Below are positions 1-10,596 of a DNA stretch of 64,000 bases, piece by piece (within the stretch, counting starts at the first letter, position 1; the number at the start of each line of letters is the position of its first letter). Origin of the DNA: an uncultured Spirochaetota bacterium (GTDB lineage Bacteria > Spirochaetota > Brevinematia > Brevinematales > JAOACQ01); assembly GCA_963768055.1 (NCBI GenBank), contig CAVYGN010000002.1, forward strand, positions 1,248,001 through 1,312,000, in the 5' to 3' direction. The translations under genes were made by a program, and so were the position numbers. The notes below the pieces were generated by a model. It ran no database searches and was not told where the DNA came from. It was given only the letters and a program-made list of their open reading frames with translations.

Positions 1-1000
1 TGAATTTGGAAAGATTGCCCTTTTCAAGGCCCAGCCCCCCGTAATCACGGAACTGATAAAGGGTTATACCCGCCAGCCATGGAAAATCGCCGCGGTTTAT
101 TCTATCGTAGACGCTGCCCACCATCCGGGCCTGAGCTTCCGCACCGTCCACATCCGAATCTGTATTGAACTCATTGATAAATAGAGGTTTCAAGCTCAAG
201 CCATTATGCCAGATCATATTCAGATAGCATTCTTCGATCAAACGCCACCAGTCTTCAACCGTACCTTGAAAATATGTGTTTTTGCTCTCGGGTGTAATGG
301 TTTCTTCATAGGGCCAGGCATAGTGCAGGGATGCATATTTGTCAAGCGACCAATAGTCTGCTGTTTGAAGCGCTTCTCTCATCTCGTCCTGATTCAGGCG
401 GAGAAACATATCGCAGACCACCTTATCCTTAACATAAAAATCGCTGCTTAAGCTGAAGACCGTAAATATGTTAGAAGAATTTGCCTTTACTATCTTGTGG
501 CATCTTACAAAAAAATCGCTAACCTCTTTATAATTGTAGAATTTGTTGAAAGGGAACCATGTGCCGTTGCATTCATGGTTGACGCGAAGAAACACTCGTC
601 CGAAAGTGGTGAGGGAACGGACCACCTTTTCAATATCCTGGTCGGACAGGGAAAGATCCATTGTAAGAGTCAAGTGGATATCCGAACCGTATCGTTTAAT
701 ATCTTCGAATTGCTTTTGAGAATTCCCTCCCTCCACCAACAGGTTGAAGGGATTATAATCCTCATAATCATAACCCCAGGCAAAATTGATATCTTCGCCG
801 TGTTCTATTTCCGATATCTTTTTATGGGGAGACCACTTTTCATGATAAGGATAATAGGCCTTAAGCACCTGGATGCCGTCGTGAATTCTTCCCAACTTTG
901 AAAAGATATAATCCATGGGTACAAAATCGCTTCTTTCACTTTCATTAGACATTATCAGCATAGGTTTTTTTCGATGTAATGTGCATGGAAATGCCTGCAT
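1..1000 (-). CDS. GH26-like glycoside hydrolase (runs off window start; absent from ORF track)
   Basis: Hand translation from ATG at 1000 (GAGGAG RBS) is open to position 1. It has VFLRVNHECNGTWF (GH26-like acid/base) and KPLFINEF (nucleophile-like). Confidence 0.65.
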   Translation of the reverse strand, partial: MQAFPCTLHRKKPMLIMSNESERSDFVPMDYIFSKLGRIHDGIQVLKAYYPYHEKWSPHKKISEIEHGEDINFAWGYDYEDYNPFNLLVEGGNSQKQFEDIKRYGSDIHLTLTMDLSLSDQDIEKVVRSLTTFGRVFLRVNHECNGTWFPFNKFYNYKEVSDFFVRCHKIVKANSSNIFTVFSLSSDFYVKDKVVCDMFLRLNQDEMREALQTADYWSLDKYASLHYAWPYEETITPESKNTYFQGTVEDWWRLIEECYLNMIWHNGLSLKPLFINEFNTDSDVDGAEAQARMVGSVYDRINRGDFPWLAGITLYQFRDYGGLGLEKGNLSKF

Positions 1001-1012
1001 AATCCGCTCCTC

Positions 1013-2188
1013 TTATTGATAACGAGGCCGGGATAAAGCCTCTTTCCGGTATTCGGTCATGTTTCCCAGGTCCACTACGGGATCATCGAAAATCGGATCT
1101 TTCAAAACATCCAAGAACTTCTCGAACTCTTGATTAAAATTTTTCCACACCGCATTCGCTTCATATTCTCCCGTTTGCCAGGATTTCCAGTCATTGAGGA
1201 GGTTGAATATGAAAAGATCCACTCCAAAACTCTTTCCTATCCTGATCGCGTCGGGCATTTCGTGATAATTTTTCTTTTGCACTACGAAAGCGAGCATAAA
1301 ACGTCGTATTTTGCCCTCTCTCCTGAGAGAAGCTAAAAATTCAATATTAGAAAGAAGCTTTTCATAGGAGCCGTTAACGCGGATCTGTTTATAGGTTTCG
1401 GGGCGCGAAGCATCCAGCGATACTATAACTTCGTTTATATTCGAATGGATTTTTTTCATCTTCCGCCAGGCATCCGGTGTAAACAGGATCCCGTTGGATT
1501 GAATATTAATATCGAGGCGGGGATACTTTTCGCCGTCAAAGTTATAAAGAAAATCGGTAAAAATCTTCGAAATAAAGGGTTCGCCGGCCCCGGTCAGATT
1601 GAAACGGCCTATATTTTCAAAACCGTTTTCTTTAACCTCGCTGAGAAGTTTCTTGTGAATTCCAAGCCTGAATAAATATTCCGGGCCGCTCCTGTAGGTT
1701 ACTGTCTTTTTACGGCAGCTCGGGCAGGCCAGGTTACAGCTTTCATCATAAGCCAAATTGTAGTTGGCGGGGAATATATCCACTTTAGTATTTTCTTCAA
1801 GGATATACCGGATCCACGGAGCATATTTAGTTATCCTGCTGGCATGTACGGGAGATAATCCGGCGGGATTTTCCAGTTGTTCCCTTGTGTAAAGATAGTA
1901 GTTATCATTGCAATAAAAGGGGCATTGATGCCAGTCGCAGAAGGAATAACTGCCGTCTAAAATACTGGCCCGGATAGCCTGCAGTATATCGGAGTTCCAG
2001 ATTTCCTTTAGAGTTTTTTCAGAAAAATCGCCGATCCATTCGGGCATCCACGACTCGCTGCAGCACCTCACCCCGTAATTGCTGTGAATATCGACATTTG
2101 TAAAAGGCTGAAGGCAATATTTCCCGTGTAAATCCTTGGGTTTTTTTAAAGTCCCCTTATTGCTTTCAAATCCTCTTTTATTAATCAC
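1013..2188 (-). CDS. Radical SAM protein with N-terminal SPASM/twitch-like domain
   Basis: CNLACPSC motif and GAGEPF; N-terminal CLQPF...RCC...IGD...LKEIWNS...CDWHQCPFYC. Confidence 0.85.
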   Translation of the reverse strand: MINKRGFESNKGTLKKPKDLHGKYCLQPFTNVDIHSNYGVRCCSESWMPEWIGDFSEKTLKEIWNSDILQAIRASILDGSYSFCDWHQCPFYCNDNYYLYTREQLENPAGLSPVHASRITKYAPWIRYILEENTKVDIFPANYNLAYDESCNLACPSCRKKTVTYRSGPEYLFRLGIHKKLLSEVKENGFENIGRFNLTGAGEPFISKIFTDFLYNFDGEKYPRLDINIQSNGILFTPDAWRKMKKIHSNINEVIVSLDASRPETYKQIRVNGSYEKLLSNIEFLASLRREGKIRRFMLAFVVQKKNYHEMPDAIRIGKSFGVDLFIFNLLNDWKSWQTGEYEANAVWKNFNQEFEKFLDVLKDPIFDDPVVDLGNMTEYRKEALSRPRYQ

Positions 2189-3668
2189 TTATTATTCTCC
2201 TTCGATGGCCGGTCAAAACCGGCTTGAAAATAGTAGCGGCATTGGAATTTTCTTTTATTATTCTCCTTCGATTGCCGGCTAAAACCGACTTAAAAATAGT
2301 ACCGTCATTGAGATTTTCTTTCAGGTTTTTAACCAGATCATGGAACCTTTTTTGATGGACAAAGTGGTATTCGTATATACCTTTGAGATAATTATTCTTT
2401 CCCGAGGCATTTCTTGACTGTTCCATATGGTAAAGATTCGTCATATGATCAGCCAGGAATTCAAGCTCATGGCGGGAGAGATTCTTACATGGATTTATTG
2501 TTATGCTATTTGTGAAAGGAATGAAAAGCGACGGTTTTTTTTTGTCATCGGGTATTAAATCAATGAAATTGGGTTCATAAAAAGAAATCTTGATGCTGGT
2601 AGTGCCGATCCTTTCTGCAAGTTCGAAGGTATCCTTCACTGTCCACCAGGTATCCTGGGGAAAACCTATCATGAAAAAGGCCAAAGTAAATATATTTTTC
2701 GAATTCAGATGATTGACCAGCCTCTTTAATTTCACTTCGTCGCAAAGAGGTCTGTGAAAATACCTGTGAATTTCATCGGATGCGGTTTCTACGCCGAAAC
2801 AAATCGTATCCATACCCGCCTTGATCATTAAATCGATCAGTTCCGTATCGACCGATTCGAGACGCGTTTCACAAGACCAGTTGAACTTCAGGCCTTTATC
2901 TATGATCATACGGCAAATGGATGCCGTTCTTTCAGGTTTATAAGTAAAATACTGATCGCGGAATGATATTTTTTTAATACCCAATGAAAGAAGATACTCG
3001 ATATCTTCACAAATTTTTTCGTTAGAACGAAACGACATTTTATTTCCGTAGAAACGGGCGTATGGACAATAAGTGCATCCTATTGTGCAACCGCGGCTAG
3101 TATGCAGGGAACCGCGTAAAATCCCATCCATATCGCGGTATCCTTCATAGGGGAAAAGAGTAAAGTCGGGAGTCGGCAGATCATCGAGACCTATTTCCTC
3201 TTTACCGGAAATCATTTTGTGTACAAAGAACTCTAACGGAACAAGAGCGATTTCATCTATTTCGGGAATATTGGTTTTTATCCAATCCGCTAAAATCCTT
3301 GCAACGTATCCGGCTAATACTATCCTGGAATCCGGATAGCGTATCTTGATAGTTCTGGCTAAGTCCAGATCGCAGTGTATAGTGGGCGCCTCCGCCTTAA
3401 TAATAATGACATCGTAGTGTTCTTTCAGTTTTTCCATCAGCATTACAGGCATGATTCTATTTAAATTCGCATCGATGACATGGAGATCGATGGAAGGATC
3501 CTTACTTGCAATAGTAGCTGCATATATTAAGGATAAATCCGGGTAGATTTGGGGCTGATGATCGGAAACTCCCAGATCGCCATGCATATCTCCATGCACA
3601 GTAATACCGTAAAACGGTCTCAGAATGAGAAGTTTGGTTTTAACTTTGACGTTCTGTTTTCTGCTCAT
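2181..3668 (-). CDS. B12-binding-domain radical SAM protein
   Basis: SRGCTIGCTYC, FRDQYFT, WSCETR, FGVET, FMIGFP; N-terminal Rossmann-like region. Confidence 0.85.
   Translation of the reverse strand: MSRKQNVKVKTKLLILRPFYGITVHGDMHGDLGVSDHQPQIYPDLSLIYAATIASKDPSIDLHVIDANLNRIMPVMLMEKLKEHYDVIIIKAEAPTIHCDLDLARTIKIRYPDSRIVLAGYVARILADWIKTNIPEIDEIALVPLEFFVHKMISGKEEIGLDDLPTPDFTLFPYEGYRDMDGILRGSLHTSRGCTIGCTYCPYARFYGNKMSFRSNEKICEDIEYLLSLGIKKISFRDQYFTYKPERTASICRMIIDKGLKFNWSCETRLESVDTELIDLMIKAGMDTICFGVETASDEIHRYFHRPLCDEVKLKRLVNHLNSKNIFTLAFFMIGFPQDTWWTVKDTFELAERIGTTSIKISFYEPNFIDLIPDDKKKPSLFIPFTNSITINPCKNLSRHELEFLADHMTNLYHMEQSRNASGKNNYLKGIYEYHFVHQKRFHDLVKNLKENLNDGTIFKSVLAGNRRRIIKENSNAATIFKPVLTGHRRRIISD
2189..2320. 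repeat. 66-bp tandem duplication (2 x 22 aa) at the 3' end of the B12 radical SAM gene
   Basis: KENLNDGTIFKSVLAGNRRRII / KENSNAATIFKPVLTGHRRRII; ttattattctccttcgat at 2189 and 2255. Confidence 0.9.
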
Positions 3669-4198
3669 AAGGTTACATCCTTTCCGGCAATGAATAATAA
3701 AAAAACATATAAATTAACCCCTCACTATTATCAGGTATTGAAACTTTACATCCACATTTAAATTATTCGAAAAATCATAATTATACTTTTAAATGGCAAA
3801 TGTTGTACCAACCCAAAAGAACTCATAACATTCGATAGGAATTAAAATAATAATTGATTGCAGAACAATGAATTAGGATGTTATTTTTATTTGGGGACAA
3901 ATTTCCGATAAAACTTCAGCCGGCTGACCGGGAATAAAACTGTTGAAAATATTCAACAAATGTTTACAGAATTCGACAATTCTTTGTCAGTGAATTATCG
4001 ACTCTTTCATTCCGGCTGTTCTTTCCAGCCTGCCGAAATATACCACGCGTCCTTCCATGCCCGAAGTCTTCGAGACCCTCACCCACTGAAATAAAGTTTA
4101 ATTTTTACTTTACTAGCGCCTTGAATATTTATTATTATTAACAAATAGAATGCATTTGTATCAGCGTCCCATAACCCGTTTAAAACCGGAGGTTTGCC

Positions 4199-6118
4199 AT
4201 GAAAGGTACAATCGCCGAAAAAATCTTAAGTTCTCATATTGTCGAGGGCAGGCTCGAATCAGGCAGCGAGATAGGAATTAAAATCGATCAAACTTTAACG
4301 CAGGACGCTACTGGGACAATGGTCTACCTGGAATTTGAAAGCCTTGGCCTTGAAAGGGTGAAGGTCGATCTTGCGGTAAGTTATATAGACCACAATATCA
4401 TTCAGACGGATTTCAAGAACGCGGACGATCACAGGTTTTTGCAGTCGGCGGCGTCTAAATACGGCGTGCTTTTATCCCCGGCCGGCAACGGCGTTTCGCA
4501 CCATGTTCACAGGCACCGTTTCGGGGTTCCCGGGAAAACCCTGCTGGGTTCGGACAGCCACACTACTACTGGAGGCTGCCTCGGGATGCTCGCAATGGGA
4601 GCGGGCGGGATCGAAGTGGCGATGGCTATGGCTGGAAAGCCTTATTACATCAATGTCCCCAGGATCTGGGGGGTTAATGTAAAGGGAAAACTCCAGGATT
4701 TTGTCTCGGGCAAGGATGTTATCCTTGAACTGCTAAGAGTATACAGGGCTAACGGGGGATTGGGGAAAATCATGGAGTTTTACGGGCCCGGCCTTGAGAA
4801 CCTCGATATGTCTGCCAGGGCGACCATAGCAAATATGGCGGTCGATATGGGGCTTACCGCCGCTATATTCCCATCGGATGAAATTACAAAAGATTTTTTC
4901 AGGATGACGGACAGGGAAAAGGATTGGCTGGAATTAAAAACGGAAGACGGCGCCCAATTTGATATGACTTCCGAACTCGATCTTTCAGCCGTCGAACCCC
5001 TTGTTGCATGCCCGTCCAGTCCTGATAATGTTATGCCGGCCAGGGAACTTGGCAATACGGATATTCATCAGGTTATTATAGGTTCATCATGCAACGGCAG
5101 TTACAGGGATTTCATGATCGCCGCTAAAATGGTCGAAGGAAAAATAAAAAACAAGCAGGTGAGTTTTGAAATAAATACCGGCAGCAGGGAAACGCTTTTG
5201 AATGTCCTGAATATGGGCGGGATCAGGAATTTTATCGAGGCCGGGGCAAGGGTACATGAACCCGGCTGTCTCGGATGCATCGGGATGGGTCAGGCCCCCG
5301 CAAGCGGTACGAATTCATTAAGGACCTTCCCCAGGAATTTCAAGGGCAGGAGCGGAACTAAAGACGACGCGGTTTATCTTTGCTCGCCTGAAACAGCCGC
5401 CGCTTCAGCATTAACGGGCAGGATCACCGACCCGAGGACAATGAAAGATTATCCGGTAGTGACCTATCCGGACAAGTTCGTTTATAGCCTGGACTGGTTT
5501 ATCAAACCCTCGGGAAAGCCGTCCGATGTAGAGCTGATAAAAGGTCCGAATATCCAGGCGCTTCCAGTATTCGAAGCCCTGCCCGACTCCCTGGAATGCG
5601 AAGTTATAATAAAAGTACCTGACAATATAAGCACCGATATCATCATGCCCGCCGGCAATAAAGCCCTGCCGTTCCGGAGCAATATCTCCAGGATCAGTGA
5701 ATTCGTTTTCGATGTAATCGATGAAAACTTTTCTAAAAGGGCTAAAGAAAAAGGAAGCGGAATCGTTGTAGGGGGTGAAAATTACGGCCAGGGTTCGTCG
5801 AGGGAACATGCCGCCCTTGCCCCGCGGTATCTGGGGATCAGGGCAAAAATAGCAAAGAGTTTCGCTAGGATCCATAAAGAAAACCTTATAGATTTCGGCG
5901 TGATACCCCTGGTCTTCAAGGATAAAGGAGATTACGATGTTATACAGCAGGGCGATAAAATAAGGCTTTTTAATGTCAGAAAATTGATAGAAAATAATGA
6001 AGTTGAAATCCCTGTCGATGTGAACGGCAGGAAAATCGCAACAGTCCTTGAAGTTTCTGAAAGACAGAGGAAGATCCTTCTTGCCGGGAGCATCCTTAAT
6101 CTTGCAAAAGCCAAGTAG
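4199..6118 (+). CDS. acn: Aconitate hydratase (single-chain, Aquifex-type)
   Basis: [44 protein letters not shown]. Confidence 0.9.
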   Translation: MKGTIAEKILSSHIVEGRLESGSEIGIKIDQTLTQDATGTMVYLEFESLGLERVKVDLAVSYIDHNIIQTDFKNADDHRFLQSAASKYGVLLSPAGNGVSHHVHRHRFGVPGKTLLGSDSHTTTGGCLGMLAMGAGGIEVAMAMAGKPYYINVPRIWGVNVKGKLQDFVSGKDVILELLRVYRANGGLGKIMEFYGPGLENLDMSARATIANMAVDMGLTAAIFPSDEITKDFFRMTDREKDWLELKTEDGAQFDMTSELDLSAVEPLVACPSSPDNVMPARELGNTDIHQVIIGSSCNGSYRDFMIAAKMVEGKIKNKQVSFEINTGSRETLLNVLNMGGIRNFIEAGARVHEPGCLGCIGMGQAPASGTNSLRTFPRNFKGRSGTKDDAVYLCSPETAAASALTGRITDPRTMKDYPVVTYPDKFVYSLDWFIKPSGKPSDVELIKGPNIQALPVFEALPDSLECEVIIKVPDNISTDIIMPAGNKALPFRSNISRISEFVFDVIDENFSKRAKEKGSGIVVGGENYGQGSSREHAALAPRYLGIRAKIAKSFARIHKENLIDFGVIPLVFKDKGDYDVIQQGDKIRLFNVRKLIENNEVEIPVDVNGRKIATVLEVSERQRKILLAGSILNLAKAK

Positions 6119-6131
6119 AATGGAGGCCGTA

Positions 6132-7868
6132 ATGGTGCATGAATTTGAGGCCGTAATCGTAGGCGGCGGCGGAGCAGGCTTATACGCAGCCCTCGAGGCG
6201 AGCGAAAGGGGAAGGACGGCTGTAGTTTCCAAACTTCATCCCCTGAGGAGCCATACCGGAACTGCCCAGGGAGGCATTGGGGCGGCTTTAGGAAACCTTG
6301 AAGAAGACAGGCCCGAATGGCATGCATTTGACACCATCAAGGGCGGAGATTATCTTGTCGACCAGAATGCGGCTAAAATACTGGTGGAGGATGCGGTCAA
6401 GGCCGTTTACGATCTGGAGAACAGGGGTTTGCCTTTCTCGAGGACCCCTGACGGCAGAATAGACCAGCGCAGGTTCGGGGGTCATACCAGGAATTTCGGG
6501 GAGGCTCCGGTAAAACGCGCCTGTTACGCTGCGGACAGGACAGGTCACATGATCCTTCAAACCTTATATCAGCAGTGCGTTAAAAATAAAGTCTCATTTT
6601 ACGAGGAATTTTTCGTTTTAGATGTAATTATAGATAACAAAAAATGCAGCGGCGTGGTAGCACTGGAATTGGCTACGGGCGAAGTCCATGTATTCAAATC
6701 AAAATGCGTCCTTTTTGCGACAGGCGGTTTCGGAAGGATGTTCAAGACTACTTCGAACGCTCATGCGAACACCGGCGACGGGCCGGCTGTGCTCTTAAGG
6801 AAAGGGGTTCCCCTGATGGACATGGAATTTTTCCAGTTTCATCCTACAGGTATAGCTGGTATGGGAATTTTAATAACCGAGGCCGTAAGGGGAGAGGGGG
6901 GAATATTAAAGAACAGGAAAGGCGAGCCGTTTATGAAGGAATACGCCCCGAATCTGCTCGATCTTGCCCCCAGGGACCTTATAAGCAGGGCGATCATACA
7001 GGAGCTTAAAAAAGGCAATGGGATGAGGGGAGACCAAAAAATCGACGATTTCGTTCTTCTTGACGCTACACATCTCGGCAGGGACACTGTTAACTCTAAA
7101 CTCCCCGATATCGCCGAATTCTGCAAAACTTACCTGGGAATCGATCCCGCGGATGAGCCGATCCCTGTCCAGCCTACCGCGCATTACGCAATGGGAGGGA
7201 TACCTACGGATATTTACGGAAGAGTCCTCCGGAGCCCCGGCGGTGATACCTACGAAGGCCTTTATGCGGCCGGAGAATGCGCCTGCGTTTCTGTGCATGG
7301 TGCGAACAGGCTCGGCACGAATAGCCTGGTCGATCTGATAGTTTTCGGAAAAAGAGCGGGGATCGCGATGGCGGATTATATGAAAAACGCCGATTACGGA
7401 AAGGCCTCGGAGAGCGACAGCGAACAGGCATTAAAGGTTATCGGTAGCCTCCTAGACGGTAAAAAGGGCCTCCATGGAGGTAAAATCCGGGAACAGATGC
7501 AGGACACGATGATGGAAAATGTCGGAATATTCAGGAATCAAACCGATTTAAATAAAGCGGTAGAAAAACTGACGGAGTTGAAACAGTCTTTCATGGAAGT
7601 CAGGGTTGAAGATAAAAATAAGAAATTTAACACCGATCTTCTTGAAATCCTTGAACTGCAGAATTTACTCGATCTTGCCTATATAACGGCTGTTTCGGCC
7701 ATGAACAGGACCGAGAGCAGGGGAGCTCACAGCAGGGACGATTTCATGGAAAGGAATGACGGGGAATGGCTTAAGCATACTATGGTTTCCACCGGGGACG
7801 GTAAAATTACTATAGGATATAAAAGCGTCGACCTGTCATTATTTAAACCGAAGCCGAGGACATATTGA
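6132..7868 (+). CDS. sdhA: Succinate dehydrogenase/fumarate reductase flavoprotein
   Basis: [16 protein letters not shown] (covalent FAD His), QFHPTG, HYAMGG, HGANRLG; start placed after GGAGG at 6122. Confidence 0.95.
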   Translation: MVHEFEAVIVGGGGAGLYAALEASERGRTAVVSKLHPLRSHTGTAQGGIGAALGNLEEDRPEWHAFDTIKGGDYLVDQNAAKILVEDAVKAVYDLENRGLPFSRTPDGRIDQRRFGGHTRNFGEAPVKRACYAADRTGHMILQTLYQQCVKNKVSFYEEFFVLDVIIDNKKCSGVVALELATGEVHVFKSKCVLFATGGFGRMFKTTSNAHANTGDGPAVLLRKGVPLMDMEFFQFHPTGIAGMGILITEAVRGEGGILKNRKGEPFMKEYAPNLLDLAPRDLISRAIIQELKKGNGMRGDQKIDDFVLLDATHLGRDTVNSKLPDIAEFCKTYLGIDPADEPIPVQPTAHYAMGGIPTDIYGRVLRSPGGDTYEGLYAAGECACVSVHGANRLGTNSLVDLIVFGKRAGIAMADYMKNADYGKASESDSEQALKVIGSLLDGKKGLHGGKIREQMQDTMMENVGIFRNQTDLNKAVEKLTELKQSFMEVRVEDKNKKFNTDLLEILELQNLLDLAYITAVSAMNRTESRGAHSRDDFMERNDGEWLKHTMVSTGDGKITIGYKSVDLSLFKPKPRTY

Positions 7869-7883
7869 AACGGGAGTCGATTC

Positions 7884-8597
7884 ATGAAAGTCACGCTTAA
7901 AATTCAAAGGTATAATCCGGAAGAAGACAAAGCACCCTATTTTAAGAGCTATGAGATTGATGCCGAACCTAAAGACAGGCTGCTCGATTCTTTGATGTAT
8001 ATCAAGACTTACATCGACGGCTCCCTGGCGTTCAGAAAAAGCTGCGCGCATGGGATTTGCGGTTCCGACGCAATGGTAATAAACGGGATTGAAAGGCTCT
8101 CATGCAAGACCCTGATAAAAGACGTGTCGGGAGAATCTGAAATAACGATACAGCCGTTAAAAAGCCTGCCGGTGCAGAGGGATTTGCTGGTAGATTATCG
8201 TCGCTTTTTTGAAAACTATAAAGTCGTTAAACCCTTTCTGATCAATAAGAATCCTGTATCTGAAAAAGAAAGGCTGCAGAGCCCTGACGAGAGGAACAGG
8301 TTTGACGATTCGACTAAATGCATTCTGTGTGCGGCCTGTTTTTCGGCGTGCCCGGTGGAAAATGAAAAAAATCCGGATTTCATAGGGCCTGCCGCTATAG
8401 TGCAGGCGGCGCGATTTATATTCGATTCCAGGGACATGGGTTTGAACGACAGGCTCGATGTCCTTGACAAACCCGACGGGGTATGGGCCTGTGAAAACAA
8501 ATTTCTCTGCACCAAGGTATGCCCGAGAGAAATCAAGGTTACAAAGAATATCAATCTGACAAAAAACAGGATCAAAGAATTGCGGGAACAACTATGA
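7884..8597 (+). CDS. sdhB: Succinate dehydrogenase iron-sulfur subunit
   Basis: SCAHGICGSD, CILCAACFSACP, CENKFLCTKVCP. Confidence 0.95.
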   Translation: MKVTLKIQRYNPEEDKAPYFKSYEIDAEPKDRLLDSLMYIKTYIDGSLAFRKSCAHGICGSDAMVINGIERLSCKTLIKDVSGESEITIQPLKSLPVQRDLLVDYRRFFENYKVVKPFLINKNPVSEKERLQSPDERNRFDDSTKCILCAACFSACPVENEKNPDFIGPAAIVQAARFIFDSRDMGLNDRLDVLDKPDGVWACENKFLCTKVCPREIKVTKNINLTKNRIKELREQL

Positions 8598-9727
8598 AAT
8601 TATTCGAATACCAGGCAAAGGAATTATTAGGCAATTACAGTATACCTGTCCAGAAGGGGCGGGTGGCGTTAAATGCAGGCGAGGTTTACGAGATCGCCGG
8701 CGGGATGGTTGGAAAGATCGTCATCAAGGCGCAGGTGCTGACAGGCGGCAGGGGTAAAGCGGGAGGGGTCAAACTCGTGTCTTCGCCCGACGAGGCCAGG
8801 TCCGCGGCAGAGGATATATTCATGATGAAGATCAAGGATAATCCGGTCAATAAGGTGATGGTGGTACAGGCCTTCGATATAAAAGAGGAAATTTACGCCG
8901 CTGTCGCCCTTAACAACGCTGAAAAAAGGATTGAATGCATATTAAGCAGCGAAGGCGGCATGGAAATTGAAGACACGGCAGCAAAAGAGCCGGGGAAAAT
9001 TTATAAAATCCCTTTAAGCCGGGAAATTTTTCTCGATGGAATCGCTATTCAGGAAGAATTAAAGAGGATCTTCGGCATTAATTTATCTAAAAATATATTT
9101 GAAATAATCAAGAATATGTTCGTCCTGTTTGTTGAAAACGATTGCTCCCTGGTGGAGATAAATCCGCTTGCAGTGGGGCAGGGTGGGGATTTTATGGCGC
9201 TTGATGCTAAAATAGTTATTGACGATAATGCCCTGTTCAAACATCCGGAGCTGGAGAAGCTTAAAAATCAGGAGGAATACTCCAGCGACGAACTTGACGC
9301 AAGGAAAGCCGGTCTCGCTTTTGTCAGCCTTGAAGGAAAGATAGGATGCATGGTCAACGGGGCTGGGCTTGCGATGGCGACAATGGATCTTATAAAGTAT
9401 TTCGGGGGGGAACCTGCGAATTTCCTGGATATCGGAGGAAGTTCCAACCCACAAAAAGTGGTGGACGGTTTGAAAATATTGATAAAAAACAAAAACATCA
9501 GGACGATTCTGCTTAATATATTCGGAGGGATCACACGCTGCGACGATATTGCGAGGGGGCTTGTCGAAGCCGAGCATGAATTCAGGATCGACATACCTCT
9601 TGTAATAAGGCTTATAGGGACAAATGACAGCGCCGGTATTGAAATTTTAAGGCAAAACGGTTTTACCGCTTTTTCAAGCCTTGCCGAAGCTGTAAAAACC
9701 GCAGTAAAAATGCAGGGTTTGTTATGA
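8594..9727 (+). CDS. sucC: Succinyl-CoA synthetase beta subunit
   Basis: [44 protein letters not shown]. Confidence 0.97.
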   Translation: MKLFEYQAKELLGNYSIPVQKGRVALNAGEVYEIAGGMVGKIVIKAQVLTGGRGKAGGVKLVSSPDEARSAAEDIFMMKIKDNPVNKVMVVQAFDIKEEIYAAVALNNAEKRIECILSSEGGMEIEDTAAKEPGKIYKIPLSREIFLDGIAIQEELKRIFGINLSKNIFEIIKNMFVLFVENDCSLVEINPLAVGQGGDFMALDAKIVIDDNALFKHPELEKLKNQEEYSSDELDARKAGLAFVSLEGKIGCMVNGAGLAMATMDLIKYFGGEPANFLDIGGSSNPQKVVDGLKILIKNKNIRTILLNIFGGITRCDDIARGLVEAEHEFRIDIPLVIRLIGTNDSAGIEILRQNGFTAFSSLAEAVKTAVKMQGLL

Positions 9728-10596
9728 GCATATTGATAGATGAAAAAACAAGGGTTATAGTCCAGGGGATAACAGGCAGGGACGGAAGTTTCCATACAAG
9801 GCAGATGATCGAATACGGGACAAAAGTGATTGGAGGCGTAACTCCGGGAAAGGGCGGACAAATCGTCGAATCGAAGCCTGTTTTTAATTCCATCGGGGAA
9901 GCATTGAATAATTCGGAGGCCGACGCATCTGTCATTTTTGTCCCGGCGAAATCCGCTTCAGGGGCGATAAGAGAGGCCGCCGATAACGGAATCAAATTGA
10001 TCGTGTGCATAACCGAGGGGATCCCAATACTGGAGATGCTTGACAATTACTATTATGTCAAAGGAAAAAATTCAATTCTCATAGGGCCTAACTGCCCGGG
10101 CCTTATTTCTCCCGAAAAATCTAAAATAGGGATTATGCCGGGGAAGATCCACAAAAAGGGGAATATCGGGGTTATATCGAGAAGCGGGACATTGACTTAC
10201 GAGGTCGTTTACAATCTTACTCTGAAAGGACTGGGACAATCGACCTGTGTGGGTATCGGCGGCGATCCGATCGTCGGATCGGGGTTTATCGATATGCTTG
10301 AAAAATTCAATGAAGATCCTGATACAGACGGTGTTGTCCTGATTGGTGAAATAGGCGGCAATGAAGAAGAAAAAGCCGCCGAATGGATCAGGAGAAATTT
10401 CAAGAAGAAAGCCGTTTCTTTCATATCGGGGAGGACCGCCCCGGCGGGAAAGAGAATGGGGCATGCGGGGGCCATTATTTCCGGAAGTTTCGGTACGGCG
10501 GAAGGGAAGATAGAGGCTTTCAGGGCTTCCGGAATTCCTGTAGCGGACAGGCCTGACGAGATTCCCGATTTGATGCTGGAGCTATTGGGAGAATAA
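9724..10596 (+). CDS. sucD: Succinyl-CoA synthetase alpha subunit
   Basis: [28 protein letters not shown]. Confidence 0.97.
   Translation: MSILIDEKTRVIVQGITGRDGSFHTRQMIEYGTKVIGGVTPGKGGQIVESKPVFNSIGEALNNSEADASVIFVPAKSASGAIREAADNGIKLIVCITEGIPILEMLDNYYYVKGKNSILIGPNCPGLISPEKSKIGIMPGKIHKKGNIGVISRSGTLTYEVVYNLTLKGLGQSTCVGIGGDPIVGSGFIDMLEKFNEDPDTDGVVLIGEIGGNEEEKAAEWIRRNFKKKAVSFISGRTAPAGKRMGHAGAIISGSFGTAEGKIEAFRASGIPVADRPDEIPDLMLELLGE

Noticed and set aside
206..901. Plus-strand ORFs 206-451 and 497-901
   Set aside because: Antisense shadows of the minus-strand GH26-like gene.
3915..4095. Cobalamin or lysine riboswitch upstream of the B12 radical SAM gene
   Set aside because: The conserved core motifs of these riboswitches are not present in the right order on either strand.
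5411..6232. 273-aa minus-strand ORF and many similar antisense ORFs across the window
   Set aside because: They overlap well-supported genes on the opposite strand and show no motifs.
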